A stretch of 64,000 bases of DNA. Origin: a virus. Shown here one piece after another: positions 39,479 to 48,933 of this stretch. The position numbers and the translations under genes are program-made. The stretch covers positions 1 to 64,000 of the IMG/VR virus record IMGVR_UViG_3300020048_000015, one strand, 5' to 3'. The notes under the pieces were generated by a model. It was not told the origin of the DNA. It saw only the letters and a list, made by a program, of their open reading frames with translations, and searched no databases. Every line of letters starts with the position of its first letter. The first letter of the stretch is position 1.

Positions 39479-39690
39479 AATAAATTTTCTATTTTATAAT
39501 CTCGCCAATCTTCTAATGACATAAAATTATATTTTGGAATTCCCATACAGCAATCACCAAAGTAAACCCAACAATAAAAGTAGTTATTATCATATAAGTT
39601 ATTAACATAGATTTCAACATCATATGTTTTGCCAACTATTATTGGATAATTTGCAGCATCTCTACAAATTAATTTAAGTTTTACTATCAT
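39469..39690 (-). CDS. Small C-tagged protein
   Basis: Ends SLEDWRDYKIENLLEE. Confidence 0.7.
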   Translation of the reverse strand: MIVKLKLICRDAANYPIIVGKTYDVEIYVNNLYDNNYFYCWVYFGDCCMGIPKYNFMSLEDWRDYKIENLLEE

Positions 39691-39714
39691 TCATTATATA
39701 TCATTTTTCTACCA

Positions 39715-40236
39715 TTACATCTCAATAAAACCAAATGAATCATCAAGTTTTCCAGACATCATATTATCTAAATACTCCCACATACTTGCAGAAACACGAT
39801 CTGGTTGATAAATAGCATTTCTAAATTCCTTGTATTCCTTTTTATACATATCTTTCAGTCCACCATGTTCAACATTTGCAATTCTATCTGCCAATTTTAT
39901 TACAATAGCATCTTGATTCTGTGCTAATTTAGGATATGTCTTAGACTTTCTTTCCTTTCTATTACGTCCTAACTCATCAGTTACACAATAAACCATTTCT
40001 GCAACTTCATTACCAAAATGTTTTTCAATTTTACCATAACTTAATGCGCCATCTTCAATTGTATCATGTAGATAACCTGCTACAATATATTTTCCACCAA
40101 AACCAAATCTTTTTAAGACTGAAATAACATCATCAAGGTGTTTTTCATACGGGAAAATTTCATCATATACTTGATTTCCGTGTGCTCTTATTGCTACCAA
40201 TCTGGATTCTCGAATGTTTTTTTCTGTGTAAATCAT
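39715..40236 (-). CDS. HD-domain hydrolase, RelA/SpoT (Mesh1/SAH)-like
   Basis: AHGNQ..PYEKH, GYLHDTIED, IKLADRIAN. Confidence 0.85.
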   Translation of the reverse strand: MIYTEKNIRESRLVAIRAHGNQVYDEIFPYEKHLDDVISVLKRFGFGGKYIVAGYLHDTIEDGALSYGKIEKHFGNEVAEMVYCVTDELGRNRKERKSKTYPKLAQNQDAIVIKLADRIANVEHGGLKDMYKKEYKEFRNAIYQPDRVSASMWEYLDNMMSGKLDDSFGFIEM

Positions 40237-40251
40237 AATTTTTGATTTTAA

Positions 40252-40446
40252 TTATTCTAAAATTTTTTTAATTCTATTTTCCCGATATTCTTCTATTGTT
40301 TCAAAATAAAATTCCATAATAGATTTTGATATTTTCGTTATATATGAATCTTCAAGATATACATTATAATTACCATTTGTATCTTCTACAAAAATATATT
40401 CACTTCCAATAAAAAATGGATTCTTTTTACCTATCATCCTCATCAA
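40252..40446 (-). CDS. Small C-tagged protein
   Basis: Ends TIEEYRENRIKKILE. Confidence 0.65.
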   Translation of the reverse strand: MMRMIGKKNPFFIGSEYIFVEDTNGNYNVYLEDSYITKISKSIMEFYFETIEEYRENRIKKILE

Positions 40447-40669
40447 ATAATCTATCTATTTTTTCATTTCTATAAGATTCTAAATCTACAAAGAATTTTT
40501 TATCAATACTATGTCCACCAATAATATAAATATTATTTATAATATGTTCAATATTATATACACCACCAATCTTATATTTTTTAAGTTGGAATATAAAATT
40601 TGGAATACATGTGGCAGGATAGATTTTTTTGCAATACTCTTCAATATCAACAACACAAACAACCATCAT
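40427..40669 (-). CDS. Small C-tagged protein
   Basis: Ends DLESYRNEKIDRLF. Confidence 0.65.
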   Translation of the reverse strand: MMVVCVVDIEEYCKKIYPATCIPNFIFQLKKYKIGGVYNIEHIINNIYIIGGHSIDKKFFVDLESYRNEKIDRLFDEDDR

Positions 40670-40959
40670 ATAATATTAAACTCTATTATTTTTTTATTTG
40701 CCTTTAGTGCGCCAATAACATCAAGACATTCATTATATCCAACCAACCAAAATCTATATTCATATAGATTTTTTGTTGATTTTATAACATCCTTTACAGA
40801 TTCCATTGATATTCTATTACCTTCAACAATTTCTAAAGACTTATTTAATATATTTAATTTATCTTTTGTAGATAAAGCATCTATAACTTTAAGACCATCA
40901 CCCAATGTTGAATTGTTTGTTAACAAAGATATCAATCTATTTTGTTCATCTTTTGACAT
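40666..40959 (-). CDS. Hypothetical protein
   Basis: ORF starting MSKDEQNR. Confidence 0.65.
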   Translation of the reverse strand: MSKDEQNRLISLLTNNSTLGDGLKVIDALSTKDKLNILNKSLEIVEGNRISMESVKDVIKSTKNLYEYRFWLVGYNECLDVIGALKANKKIIEFNII

Positions 40960-40970
40960 ATTAGATAGTT

Positions 40971-41240
40971 TTATATTCCTAATTTTGTTAATTGTAATTC
41001 TCTATGTTCTTCTAAATTAATTATTCTTTCCCAGAGACCGGAATGAACAAAATGCAGTGTCCCATCTTCTAAGTTAGTTATACTACCTGTTATACTACCT
41101 GTTTTAACACCAAACCCATCATTTAGACTATCAATTCTGTATCTATCCCCAGGTTTGAAATGATAATCATAAGAACCACCTTGTTTACCATATTTAGCTG
41201 TATAAGTAGATTTAAAATAAACTATATCTCCTATTTTCAT
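40971..41240 (-). CDS. Small C-tagged protein flanked by 26-bp direct repeats
   Basis: Start MKIGD; ends NLEEHRELQLTKLGI. Confidence 0.7.
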   Translation of the reverse strand: MKIGDIVYFKSTYTAKYGKQGGSYDYHFKPGDRYRIDSLNDGFGVKTGSITGSITNLEDGTLHFVHSGLWERIINLEEHRELQLTKLGI

Positions 41241-41548
41241 TCTATTTTGTTTATCTTTTGACATATGATTTCATTAATTTTAAAAGAATAATCTTGTAAT
41301 TTATTTATTTTATTAATTATTATATGTAATTTTTTTAAATTACAATCATCATTATATAGTTCAACAAAACTATCTCTTATTTTGTTCCATTTTTTAGAAT
41401 AATCTTTTTTATACCCATTATATAATTCAGAAAAATTTTCATTAAGCAATAATTCTAACTTAGATTCCCTATCCAAAACATCAAAATTTTCCATATTATT
41501 TATTAAAATATTTATATAATCAAAATATCCTTTTATATATTCATCCAC
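41237..41548 (-). CDS. Hypothetical protein with an internal tag-like motif
   Basis: RESKLELLL. Confidence 0.6.
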   Translation of the reverse strand: MDEYIKGYFDYINILINNMENFDVLDRESKLELLLNENFSELYNGYKKDYSKKWNKIRDSFVELYNDDCNLKKLHIIINKINKLQDYSFKINEIICQKINKIE

Positions 41549-41597
41549 TTTATTAGTTTTGTTTTTTAATATATATATCTAAAATATAAAATATACT

Positions 41598-41837
41598 ATG
41601 AAATATTTGAAATCATTTGAAAATTATTCAATGAATACTGAACAACAAGAAGAAAAGAATCCACATCACATAACACCAAAAGAAGTTCCTGGTAGACAAA
41701 GACCACCAAGAGTCCAAGAGGAAGAAGAAAATAATCCACATCACACAACACCAGAAGAAACCCCAAGTAGACAAACTTCTGAAATTGATATGGATGATAT
41801 GGATGATATGGATGTCCCAAGTTATGGTTACTATTAA
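41598..41837 (+). CDS. N-tagged low-complexity protein
   Basis: MKYLKSFENY; NPHHxTPxE x2; DMD repeats. Confidence 0.75.
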   Translation: MKYLKSFENYSMNTEQQEEKNPHHITPKEVPGRQRPPRVQEEEENNPHHTTPEETPSRQTSEIDMDDMDDMDVPSYGYY

Positions 41838-41879
41838 TAAATTAAAAATGTCATAATATATTATGACATTTTTAATTTA
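41838..41879. terminator. 42-bp perfect palindrome between convergent genes
   Basis: TAAATTAAAAATGTCATAATA/TATTATGACATTTTTAATTTA. Confidence 0.75.
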
Positions 41880-42348
41880 ATAAAGAATCAATTTTAATGT
41901 TCCGAATAGTAGATTTGAATGATGAATTAGTATTCAAAAAACCATTTAAAATTATATTCTTTATAAAAAAACCATAATATAATAACTTTGTATCATATAT
42001 AGTATTATGTTCAATTTTTAGAAATAAATTTGGTTTTAATCTAATGATATAATAATCTTCATCAGTTTCTTTATAAAATACTTGTTCATACTCATACCCA
42101 ATATTATTAGGACTTGGTATAAATCCAATTTTTTTAAAAAAATCCACTACATATTCATATCTTGCATATTTATCAAACATCTTAGTTTCAGTATCATAAA
42201 GAAAAAACCTTGACTGAAATACATCAAACTCTTCAATTCCACCAATATAATATCCATCTTCATTAATAAAAATGAATTTTATATTATCTTCTAATATTGC
42301 TAAATTTTCACATTCATCAATTAATGTTTGTGGTATTTTTGATTCCAT
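41872..42348 (-). CDS. C-tagged hypothetical protein
   Basis: Ends IRNIKIDSLLN. Confidence 0.7.
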   Translation of the reverse strand: MESKIPQTLIDECENLAILEDNIKFIFINEDGYYIGGIEEFDVFQSRFFLYDTETKMFDKYARYEYVVDFFKKIGFIPSPNNIGYEYEQVFYKETDEDYYIIRLKPNLFLKIEHNTIYDTKLLYYGFFIKNIILNGFLNTNSSFKSTIRNIKIDSLLN

Positions 42349-42533
42349 CTATTATTTGTGTTATTTTTATAATTCACCATTTACCTATATCATAAAATCG
42401 ACCTTTGCTATACCAGTTTATGCATAAATTATCATCTAATATTTTATATTTTTAACGACATTTCATCTAATATTTTATAGATTCTACCATATGTTAAACA
42501 ATCTAAAACAAGGAATATACATATCTCTTTCAT
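42340..42533 (-). pseudogene. Decayed small C-tagged gene
   Basis: MKEICIF...LTYGRIY; frameshift at a duplicated KILD(E/D); ends FYDIGKW*IIKITQIID with TGA at the tag Arg position. Confidence 0.45.
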
Positions 42534-42585
42534 AAAACTATATATTTTATTTTATATATAGTTTATATAAAAATAAAATATTTTA

Positions 42586-43671
42586 ATGATTAATGGATAT
42601 AAAGATTATATTATTGAACAATTAAAAAAGGAAATAATAATATTATCAAATCAGATAAATGAATCAGACCAAAAGGAGTCGCTTTTGATAAGAAAATTAA
42701 CAGATTTAGTTAATTTTGTATTAGAAAAAGGAAATAATATAGGGATGCCTATATTAAAAGCATTTTGGGATGTTATTAAATGGAATAAATATATATCACT
42801 TACCCTATTTTCATTATTAATGTTTAAATTTGGTTTAACTGCTGAAGAAATATACAATAGCTTTGGTGAAAAAAGAGAAATAAAAGAACTTATAAATAAA
42901 GCTGACCAAAGTAATATAGGAGATGATCAAGTAAAACTAAGTGTTGAAGATTCTAAAATAAAAGATGACGAAATACTAAAAATAAATGACTTTATTGATA
43001 AGGCTAAGGATAAAGCACAAGCTCAAGATGATGTAGATGATATAGATTATCATAAAGGTGATTTAATAGACTTTATGAAGGCTGTTGCATTTAGAGAATC
43101 AAGTTGGGATCCAGGCGTTGTAAATAGCTGTGGGTTTATGGGATTATACCAAATGGGTAATGATGCTTTAAGTGATATGGGAATGGTTAAACAAGTTAAT
43201 ACTAAGAAATTCATATGGTCTAAACATGGTGCTTATAAAATATTTCCAATTGAAGATCAAAATAAAGCTATGATAAAACTAATGCGATTAAATAAAAAAA
43301 GACTTCAAAAACATATTGAAAAATATGTTGGCAGGACAATAAGTTGTGTTGTTGATGGAAATGAGTTAAATATACCGATTACCGAATCTGGACTATTAGC
43401 AGGCGCACATTTATTGGGCTCTGGTAATGTTATGAAATTTTTAAATTCTAATGGGAAAATAATACCAAAAGATGGCAATGCTTCTTCTTTACATAGAACA
43501 CCAATAACAGAATATATCAATAAATTTTCACATTATGATATGACACAATTAAATTATATGTCCTTAGAAGATATAGAAGATATAGAAATAATACCAGGAT
43601 TTAAAAAAGGATCTAAATTTAGGTCTTGGGTTAAATTAGACACCAATCAAAAATCACCAAATAAACCTTAA
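42586..43671 (+). CDS. Lytic transglycosylase/lysozyme-like protein (Flavobacteria-type)
   Basis: AVAFRESS (catalytic Glu), MGLYQMG, ITESGLLAGAHLLG. Confidence 0.75.
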   Translation: MINGYKDYIIEQLKKEIIILSNQINESDQKESLLIRKLTDLVNFVLEKGNNIGMPILKAFWDVIKWNKYISLTLFSLLMFKFGLTAEEIYNSFGEKREIKELINKADQSNIGDDQVKLSVEDSKIKDDEILKINDFIDKAKDKAQAQDDVDDIDYHKGDLIDFMKAVAFRESSWDPGVVNSCGFMGLYQMGNDALSDMGMVKQVNTKKFIWSKHGAYKIFPIEDQNKAMIKLMRLNKKRLQKHIEKYVGRTISCVVDGNELNIPITESGLLAGAHLLGSGNVMKFLNSNGKIIPKDGNASSLHRTPITEYINKFSHYDMTQLNYMSLEDIEDIEIIPGFKKGSKFRSWVKLDTNQKSPNKP

Positions 43672-43766
43672 AATAAAAAATCTATTAGCTAATAAACTAA
43701 TAGATTTCTTATTAAGTAAAGACATATTTATTTATATATATACTTAAAATTAGGAAAATTTTAGAT

Positions 43767-44525
43767 ATGAACATTAAACACAAAGTAATACAAGATTATC
43801 AATTTACAACAAATGATAAAAAAATAGTTATTCTAAAAATAGGAACAATTTTAGAAAACTATACTTATTCCAACAAGTCAACATTAGAAAACATAAAAAT
43901 GGATAAGGATATCATTGACAAAAACACATCTTTCTTTAAACAAATTGATTGGAAGGAAGAATTGAATTCTTTTATTAAAACAAACAAAATACCACAACCA
44001 GCAGTATTAACAAAAAAATTAGTTCCTTTTATTGAAGAAATGTTTATATTAAATAATATAAAATCAGATAATAATATTGACTTTGAAAAAGAACTAAAAT
44101 TTAAAGATAAAGAATTAACTGATACTAAAAATAAATTGGTAGTTTTAGAAACACAAATTAATGAAAAAATGCTTATATTAAATAATATAAAATCAGATAA
44201 GAATATTGACTTTGAAAAAGAACTAAAATCTAAAGATAAAGAATTAACTGATACTAAAAATAAATTGGTAGTTTTAGAAACACAAATTAATGAAAAAAAG
44301 AATTTATTCTATGATCAAGAATTGACTGAAAAGGAAAATAGATTATCAATTAAAGAAAGTATCTTAAATTCTTTTGAAAAAGAACTATTGGAAAAGCAGA
44401 AAAATATTTCAGAATTTAAAGATAAATTATTAATTAGGATAGTTGAACTGAAAAATATGGGATATTTAGATGGGAATATAAATGGTAAATCTTATACCCT
44501 AACAAATTTTATCAAAGGGATATAA
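43767..44525 (+). CDS. Coiled-coil protein with a 43-aa tandem duplication
   Basis: 129-bp near-exact repeat at 44040-44297. Confidence 0.75.
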   Translation: MNIKHKVIQDYQFTTNDKKIVILKIGTILENYTYSNKSTLENIKMDKDIIDKNTSFFKQIDWKEELNSFIKTNKIPQPAVLTKKLVPFIEEMFILNNIKSDNNIDFEKELKFKDKELTDTKNKLVVLETQINEKMLILNNIKSDKNIDFEKELKSKDKELTDTKNKLVVLETQINEKKNLFYDQELTEKENRLSIKESILNSFEKELLEKQKNISEFKDKLLIRIVELKNMGYLDGNINGKSYTLTNFIKGI

Positions 44526-44834
44526 TTTATCCCTTAGATTAATTAGTCTAAAAAGCTTATCCAATTTATATTCAGAATATTCTACAAAATTAAATTTCAA
44601 ATATTTAATAAAATTAAAATCTTCAACACGCTTATTACAAACATCAATATGAGTAGAAATAAAATTATATCTAATCATATCCTTTTCAATATCTAAATTA
44701 GATAAAATATTATTAAATTTAATTATTTTATTTTTTAATTCACCCAAAATAGAATCAACATCATGGCTTTTATTAACCATGATGTTGATTTGTGTATCAA
44801 TATGTTTTAATGATATACTATACTTACTTTTCAT
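44499..44834 (-). CDS. Hypothetical protein
   Basis: ORF coupled to the topoisomerase A gene. Confidence 0.55.
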   Translation of the reverse strand: MKSKYSISLKHIDTQINIMVNKSHDVDSILGELKNKIIKFNNILSNLDIEKDMIRYNFISTHIDVCNKRVEDFNFIKYLKFNFVEYSEYKLDKLFRLINLRDKLYPFDKIC

Positions 44835-46180
44835 TTCATTTTTTTCTTTAAATCACTTAAATCATCAATATACATTTTCTTTGGTTCAATCTTAGAAAAC
44901 TCTTCTATTTCAGTCTTCTTATCTTTATAATCACCTTTTAACTTTTCAAAAAGCTCTTTTGTTAATGACCATAATGGCATTCTTAATAAATAATCAAAGC
45001 TATCATCAACCTTTTCTAAACCCAAATTTTCTATATCTTTTATTATATCTTCTTTAGATCTATTTTTAATTTCCAATTTTCCATCCAATATAGCTTTTAT
45101 GAATTTGCCTTTGTTTGATAGAATTTTTAATTCCCTATTTAGCTTATCTAAAATGAACTCTTTTCGCTTAACATAAAAAGTTAATCTAAAGTTCACAAAA
45201 TATTCAATTATTTCTTTACTATTTTCAAATATTTTTAATTCACCAAATTCATCAAGCGTTGTAAAAATTTCAGTTGATGTTTCTTCCAACTTCAATAACT
45301 TAATTAATTTTTCTTCATCTAATTGCGCCAAAGTTTCCCTATTAAATTTGATTAAATAATTTACAGAATCTTTACAATTATCATCATAAGAAACAATTAC
45401 CTTATCATCAACCAATCCATCCAAAACAACTTCATACTTTTCATATGTCATTGATGGTGGCAATTCATCAATTCTAGCAGTAGATGTATTTACAATTTTT
45501 ACTATACCTCTTATAAACCATCTTTTATGATTATCTTTATCTTGTGTGTATGTACCATTGAAAAAATTACTATGTGGTGATACATCAACTATTTTTTTAC
45601 CTTTCAATAATTGTTCACAAGCATTTATAATATCAATAGGATTTCTATTTAAAATATTAGAAGCAAATCCAACTGCAATACCAGATGAACCATTAATAAG
45701 AATAGTCGGTATTATAGGCAGAAAATATTCAGGTTCAATACCAACACCTTCTTCTTGCTTATAATCCAATAATTCAAAATCTTTATAAAGCAACCTAAAG
45801 TTATTATTCAATTTAGTTCCAATGTAGCGAGGCGCTCCTGCCGTGGTACACCTGATCGATCCGAATTGACCATGTTCTTCTAATAATGACATATTATTTT
45901 TAAATGATTGCGCCATATTAATAATAGCAGATTCTAATGAACTTGAACCATGATGATAATAAGCTTGTGATGCTACACTACCAGCTAATTGAAAAACCTT
46001 TAATGGCTTTTCATTTCCAGTTCGCCATATATCATTACATATGAAAATTATTTTTCTTTGAACTGGTTTAAACCCATCAATACAAGATCCAATCGCTCTA
46101 CTTTCAATAGTATAAAGTGCGAAGTCTTTGTATTCCTGTGATAAGAAATCACTAATTGTCTTTTCATTAATTTTATCCAT
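44831..46180 (-). CDS. Type IIA DNA topoisomerase, A (T4 gp52/GyrA-like) subunit
   Basis: DGFKPVQRKI, YHHGSSSL, catalytic PRY, NGSSGIAVGF. Confidence 0.95.
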   Translation of the reverse strand: MDKINEKTISDFLSQEYKDFALYTIESRAIGSCIDGFKPVQRKIIFICNDIWRTGNEKPLKVFQLAGSVASQAYYHHGSSSLESAIINMAQSFKNNMSLLEEHGQFGSIRCTTAGAPRYIGTKLNNNFRLLYKDFELLDYKQEEGVGIEPEYFLPIIPTILINGSSGIAVGFASNILNRNPIDIINACEQLLKGKKIVDVSPHSNFFNGTYTQDKDNHKRWFIRGIVKIVNTSTARIDELPPSMTYEKYEVVLDGLVDDKVIVSYDDNCKDSVNYLIKFNRETLAQLDEEKLIKLLKLEETSTEIFTTLDEFGELKIFENSKEIIEYFVNFRLTFYVKRKEFILDKLNRELKILSNKGKFIKAILDGKLEIKNRSKEDIIKDIENLGLEKVDDSFDYLLRMPLWSLTKELFEKLKGDYKDKKTEIEEFSKIEPKKMYIDDLSDLKKKMK

Positions 46181-46279
46181 ATATTTATTTCTATATTAAG
46201 TATTAATTTTGTTTATTTTTTTTCAAAACATAAGATGCCATAATTCTATATATAGAAAAAATATATCTAATTTTATAAA

Positions 46280-48028
46280 ATGAAAAAAATAGAAGATAAA
46301 TATAAAGTATTAAGTCACATTGATCATATATTACTTAGACCACAAACATACTTAGGATCAAATAAACCACACACATCTATCAAATGGGTTTGTGTTGATG
46401 AAAAGATGCTTAAAAAGGAAATAACATACACACCATCATTTCTTAAAATATTTGATGAGATCATAACGAATTGTTGCGATGAAAATAAAAGAAATCCTGA
46501 TACATTAAATATAATAAAAGTAAATGTAGATAAAGATAATGGAATAATATCAATATATGATAATGGTGGCATTCCTATATTATTACACAAAGAACATAAT
46601 AAATATGTCCCAGAAGTTATTTTTGGAACATTGATGTCAGGATCAAACTATGATGATAATGATGAAAGAACAGGCGCTGGTGTAAATGGTTATGGTTCTA
46701 AATTAACTAATGTATTTTCAAAAGAGTTTGTTGTATCTTCTTGTGATGGCAAAAATAGCTTCTATCAAGTTTTTTCAAATAATATGAGGGATAGAAATGA
46801 ACCTAAAATTAAAAAGAATAAAACAAATCATACTGAAATAAAATACAAACCGGACTTTGAAAAATTTGGATTGGATGATATAAACGAAGAACATTATTTA
46901 TTAATATACAAAAGAGTTATTGATATTGCTGGTTGTAATCCATCAATTAAAGTTTTCTTCAATAATATAGAAATCAAAATTAAATCCTTTGAAGACTATG
47001 TTAAATATTATGAAACAGAATATTATATTGAATCAAATCAAGATAAGAGTTGGAATATAGCTATATCACATTCTAACGAAGGATTTCAACAAGTTAGTTT
47101 TGTAAACACAACTGAAACATATGATGGGGGAACCCATGTTGATTATATTTTAAATCAAATACTAACACAACTAAGAGAATTTTTTCAAAAGAAGCATAAA
47201 GTTGATGTAAAGCCATCTGAATTAAAAAACCATATTGCTATATACTTAGATGTAACTGTTGTAAATCCAATGTTTTCTTCACAAACTAAAGAAAAATTAA
47301 TAACAGAAGTTAAGGATTTTGGACACATTCATCAAATATCTGAAAAATTAATAAAATGGATATTAAAATCTGAAATAGTTAATTCAATATTAGACTGGAT
47401 TCAAAGAAAAAAAGAAGCTGATGAAAATAAATTAACAAGAGAATTAAATAAAAACATATCTAAAATTAAAGTAGATAAATTGATTGATGCAAAAGGAAAG
47501 ACAAGGAATCTATGTTCCTTAGCAATATTTGAAGGGGATTGTCTATCAGAAGATACTTTTATTAGAATTTTAAGGGATGGTGAATTTTTTGATATCCATA
47601 TAAAAGATACCAAAGTTGGTGATTTGGTCATAACACATAATAATAGTTTTTCTGATATTTATGCTATTTCAAAAAAAATTAAAGAAAAAGCAACAATAAA
47701 GCTAAAAGGACTTGATGATATTATATGTAGCCACGAACATAAATGGTTTGTATATGATTACATTAAAAATCAATTTTATTTCGAAGAAACTAAAAATCTA
47801 AAAAAAGATAAACATAAATTAGTTAAAAACTATTTAGCATTTACTGATGATTTACATAGGATAAATAAAATTGATAATAACATCATAGATATATTTATTG
47901 ATACCATAGAAGCTAATCCAGAACATAAATTTGCAGTATATGATAATTCAGATAATAAATTTAAAATGATAGAAACAAAAAACTTAAATAAAGACATACA
48001 TTTTTTAGTAAACACCTTCAAATTATAA
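46280..48028 (+). CDS. Type IIA topoisomerase B subunit, N-part (GHKL ATPase) fused to N-intein
   Basis: HILLRPQTYLGS, FDEIITN, GAGVNGYG; FEGD followed by intein CLSEDT at 47540. Confidence 0.93.
   Translation: MKKIEDKYKVLSHIDHILLRPQTYLGSNKPHTSIKWVCVDEKMLKKEITYTPSFLKIFDEIITNCCDENKRNPDTLNIIKVNVDKDNGIISIYDNGGIPILLHKEHNKYVPEVIFGTLMSGSNYDDNDERTGAGVNGYGSKLTNVFSKEFVVSSCDGKNSFYQVFSNNMRDRNEPKIKKNKTNHTEIKYKPDFEKFGLDDINEEHYLLIYKRVIDIAGCNPSIKVFFNNIEIKIKSFEDYVKYYETEYYIESNQDKSWNIAISHSNEGFQQVSFVNTTETYDGGTHVDYILNQILTQLREFFQKKHKVDVKPSELKNHIAIYLDVTVVNPMFSSQTKEKLITEVKDFGHIHQISEKLIKWILKSEIVNSILDWIQRKKEADENKLTRELNKNISKIKVDKLIDAKGKTRNLCSLAIFEGDCLSEDTFIRILRDGEFFDIHIKDTKVGDLVITHNNSFSDIYAISKKIKEKATIKLKGLDDIICSHEHKWFVYDYIKNQFYFEETKNLKKDKHKLVKNYLAFTDDLHRINKIDNNIIDIFIDTIEANPEHKFAVYDNSDNKFKMIETKNLNKDIHFLVNTFKL
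47540..48025 (+). mobile_element. Split intein, N-fragment (162 aa)
   Basis: Block A CLSEDTFI...VGD.V; block B CSHEHKW. Confidence 0.88.
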
Positions 48029-48029
48029 C

Positions 48030-48227
48030 ATCACCTTCGAAACAGACTTTTGGGTTAATCCAAACAATAAAGAAATTACTGCAAGTGAAGCATATCTTAA
48101 ACAAGAATTAAAATTAAATACAGCTAAAGAAAAAGGTTTTTTTATTTTGGAAATTTGGTCAGATGAAGATAACAAAGTAGATAAAGTATTAAATTTTATA
48201 AAAAATAATATAAATAAAAATGGTTGA
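48030..48227 (+). pseudogene. Remnant of a Vsr/DUF559-like homing endonuclease between the intein halves
   Basis: No start codon; FWVNP...TASEAYLKQELKLNTAKEKGFFILEIWSDE...KVLNFI*. Confidence 0.65.
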
Positions 48228-48351
48228 AAGTTTTTTAGAACTAATAGAAATTAATGATATCTTATTAGAAGATGAATATTTAAATATGGTTGATATATCA
48301 GTAAATGTAGAACAAAGCTTTTTATTATCAAATGGATTAATTTCCCACAAT
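48220..48351 (+). mobile_element. Split intein, C-fragment (44 aa)
   Basis: MVDISV..EQSFLLSNGLISHN followed by Ser+1. Confidence 0.9.
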
Positions 48352-48933
48352 TCAGCAATTTCATCATATCGGAAATATAGAAATAATGAAACACAAGGTG
48401 CTTTTGCATTAAGAGGAAAATTTATAAATGCATCAGAAGCAACTACACAGAAATTAATGGGAAACAATGAAGTTATTAATTTAATGGCAGCAATTGGATT
48501 AAAATTAGGACAGAAAGAATTATCAAATTTAAGATATGGTAAAATAATATTTTATTGTGATAGTGATCATGATGGTAGTTCAATTGTAGCACTCTTAATA
48601 AATTTTATGTATAAATATTGGCCTGAACTTTTTGATAAAGAAATGATTTTTAAAGCTGAAACACCAATTGTAGTGGTTAAAAATATTAAAAACAAAAAGA
48701 AAACATCATTCTATAAACAAGATGATTATAATAAATGGCTAGTTCAAATAAAACCAAAAGAATGGGAAATAGAATATAAAAAGGGATTGGCAGCATTACT
48801 TGATGATGAATATGCAGAGATAATAAATAATCCAATATTAACAAAAATAAAATCAGATGAAACATCTAAAACCCAACTAAATGTTTGGTTTGGAAAAGAA
48901 TCTGAATTGAGAAAAAATGAAATGTTGAAATGA
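48220..48933 (+). CDS. C-intein fused to topoisomerase B C-part (TOPRIM)
   Basis: After HN: SAISS...ALRGKFIN...YCDSDHDGSSI...YKKGLA. Confidence 0.93.
   Translation: MVESFLELIEINDILLEDEYLNMVDISVNVEQSFLLSNGLISHNSAISSYRKYRNNETQGAFALRGKFINASEATTQKLMGNNEVINLMAAIGLKLGQKELSNLRYGKIIFYCDSDHDGSSIVALLINFMYKYWPELFDKEMIFKAETPIVVVKNIKNKKKTSFYKQDDYNKWLVQIKPKEWEIEYKKGLAALLDDEYAEIINNPILTKIKSDETSKTQLNVWFGKESELRKNEMLK

Noticed and set aside
48029-48219. T4 gene-60-style ribosomal bypass across the topoisomerase gap
   Set aside because: Both intein termini are intact, ORF2 has its own ATG, and the gap is explained by an endonuclease remnant
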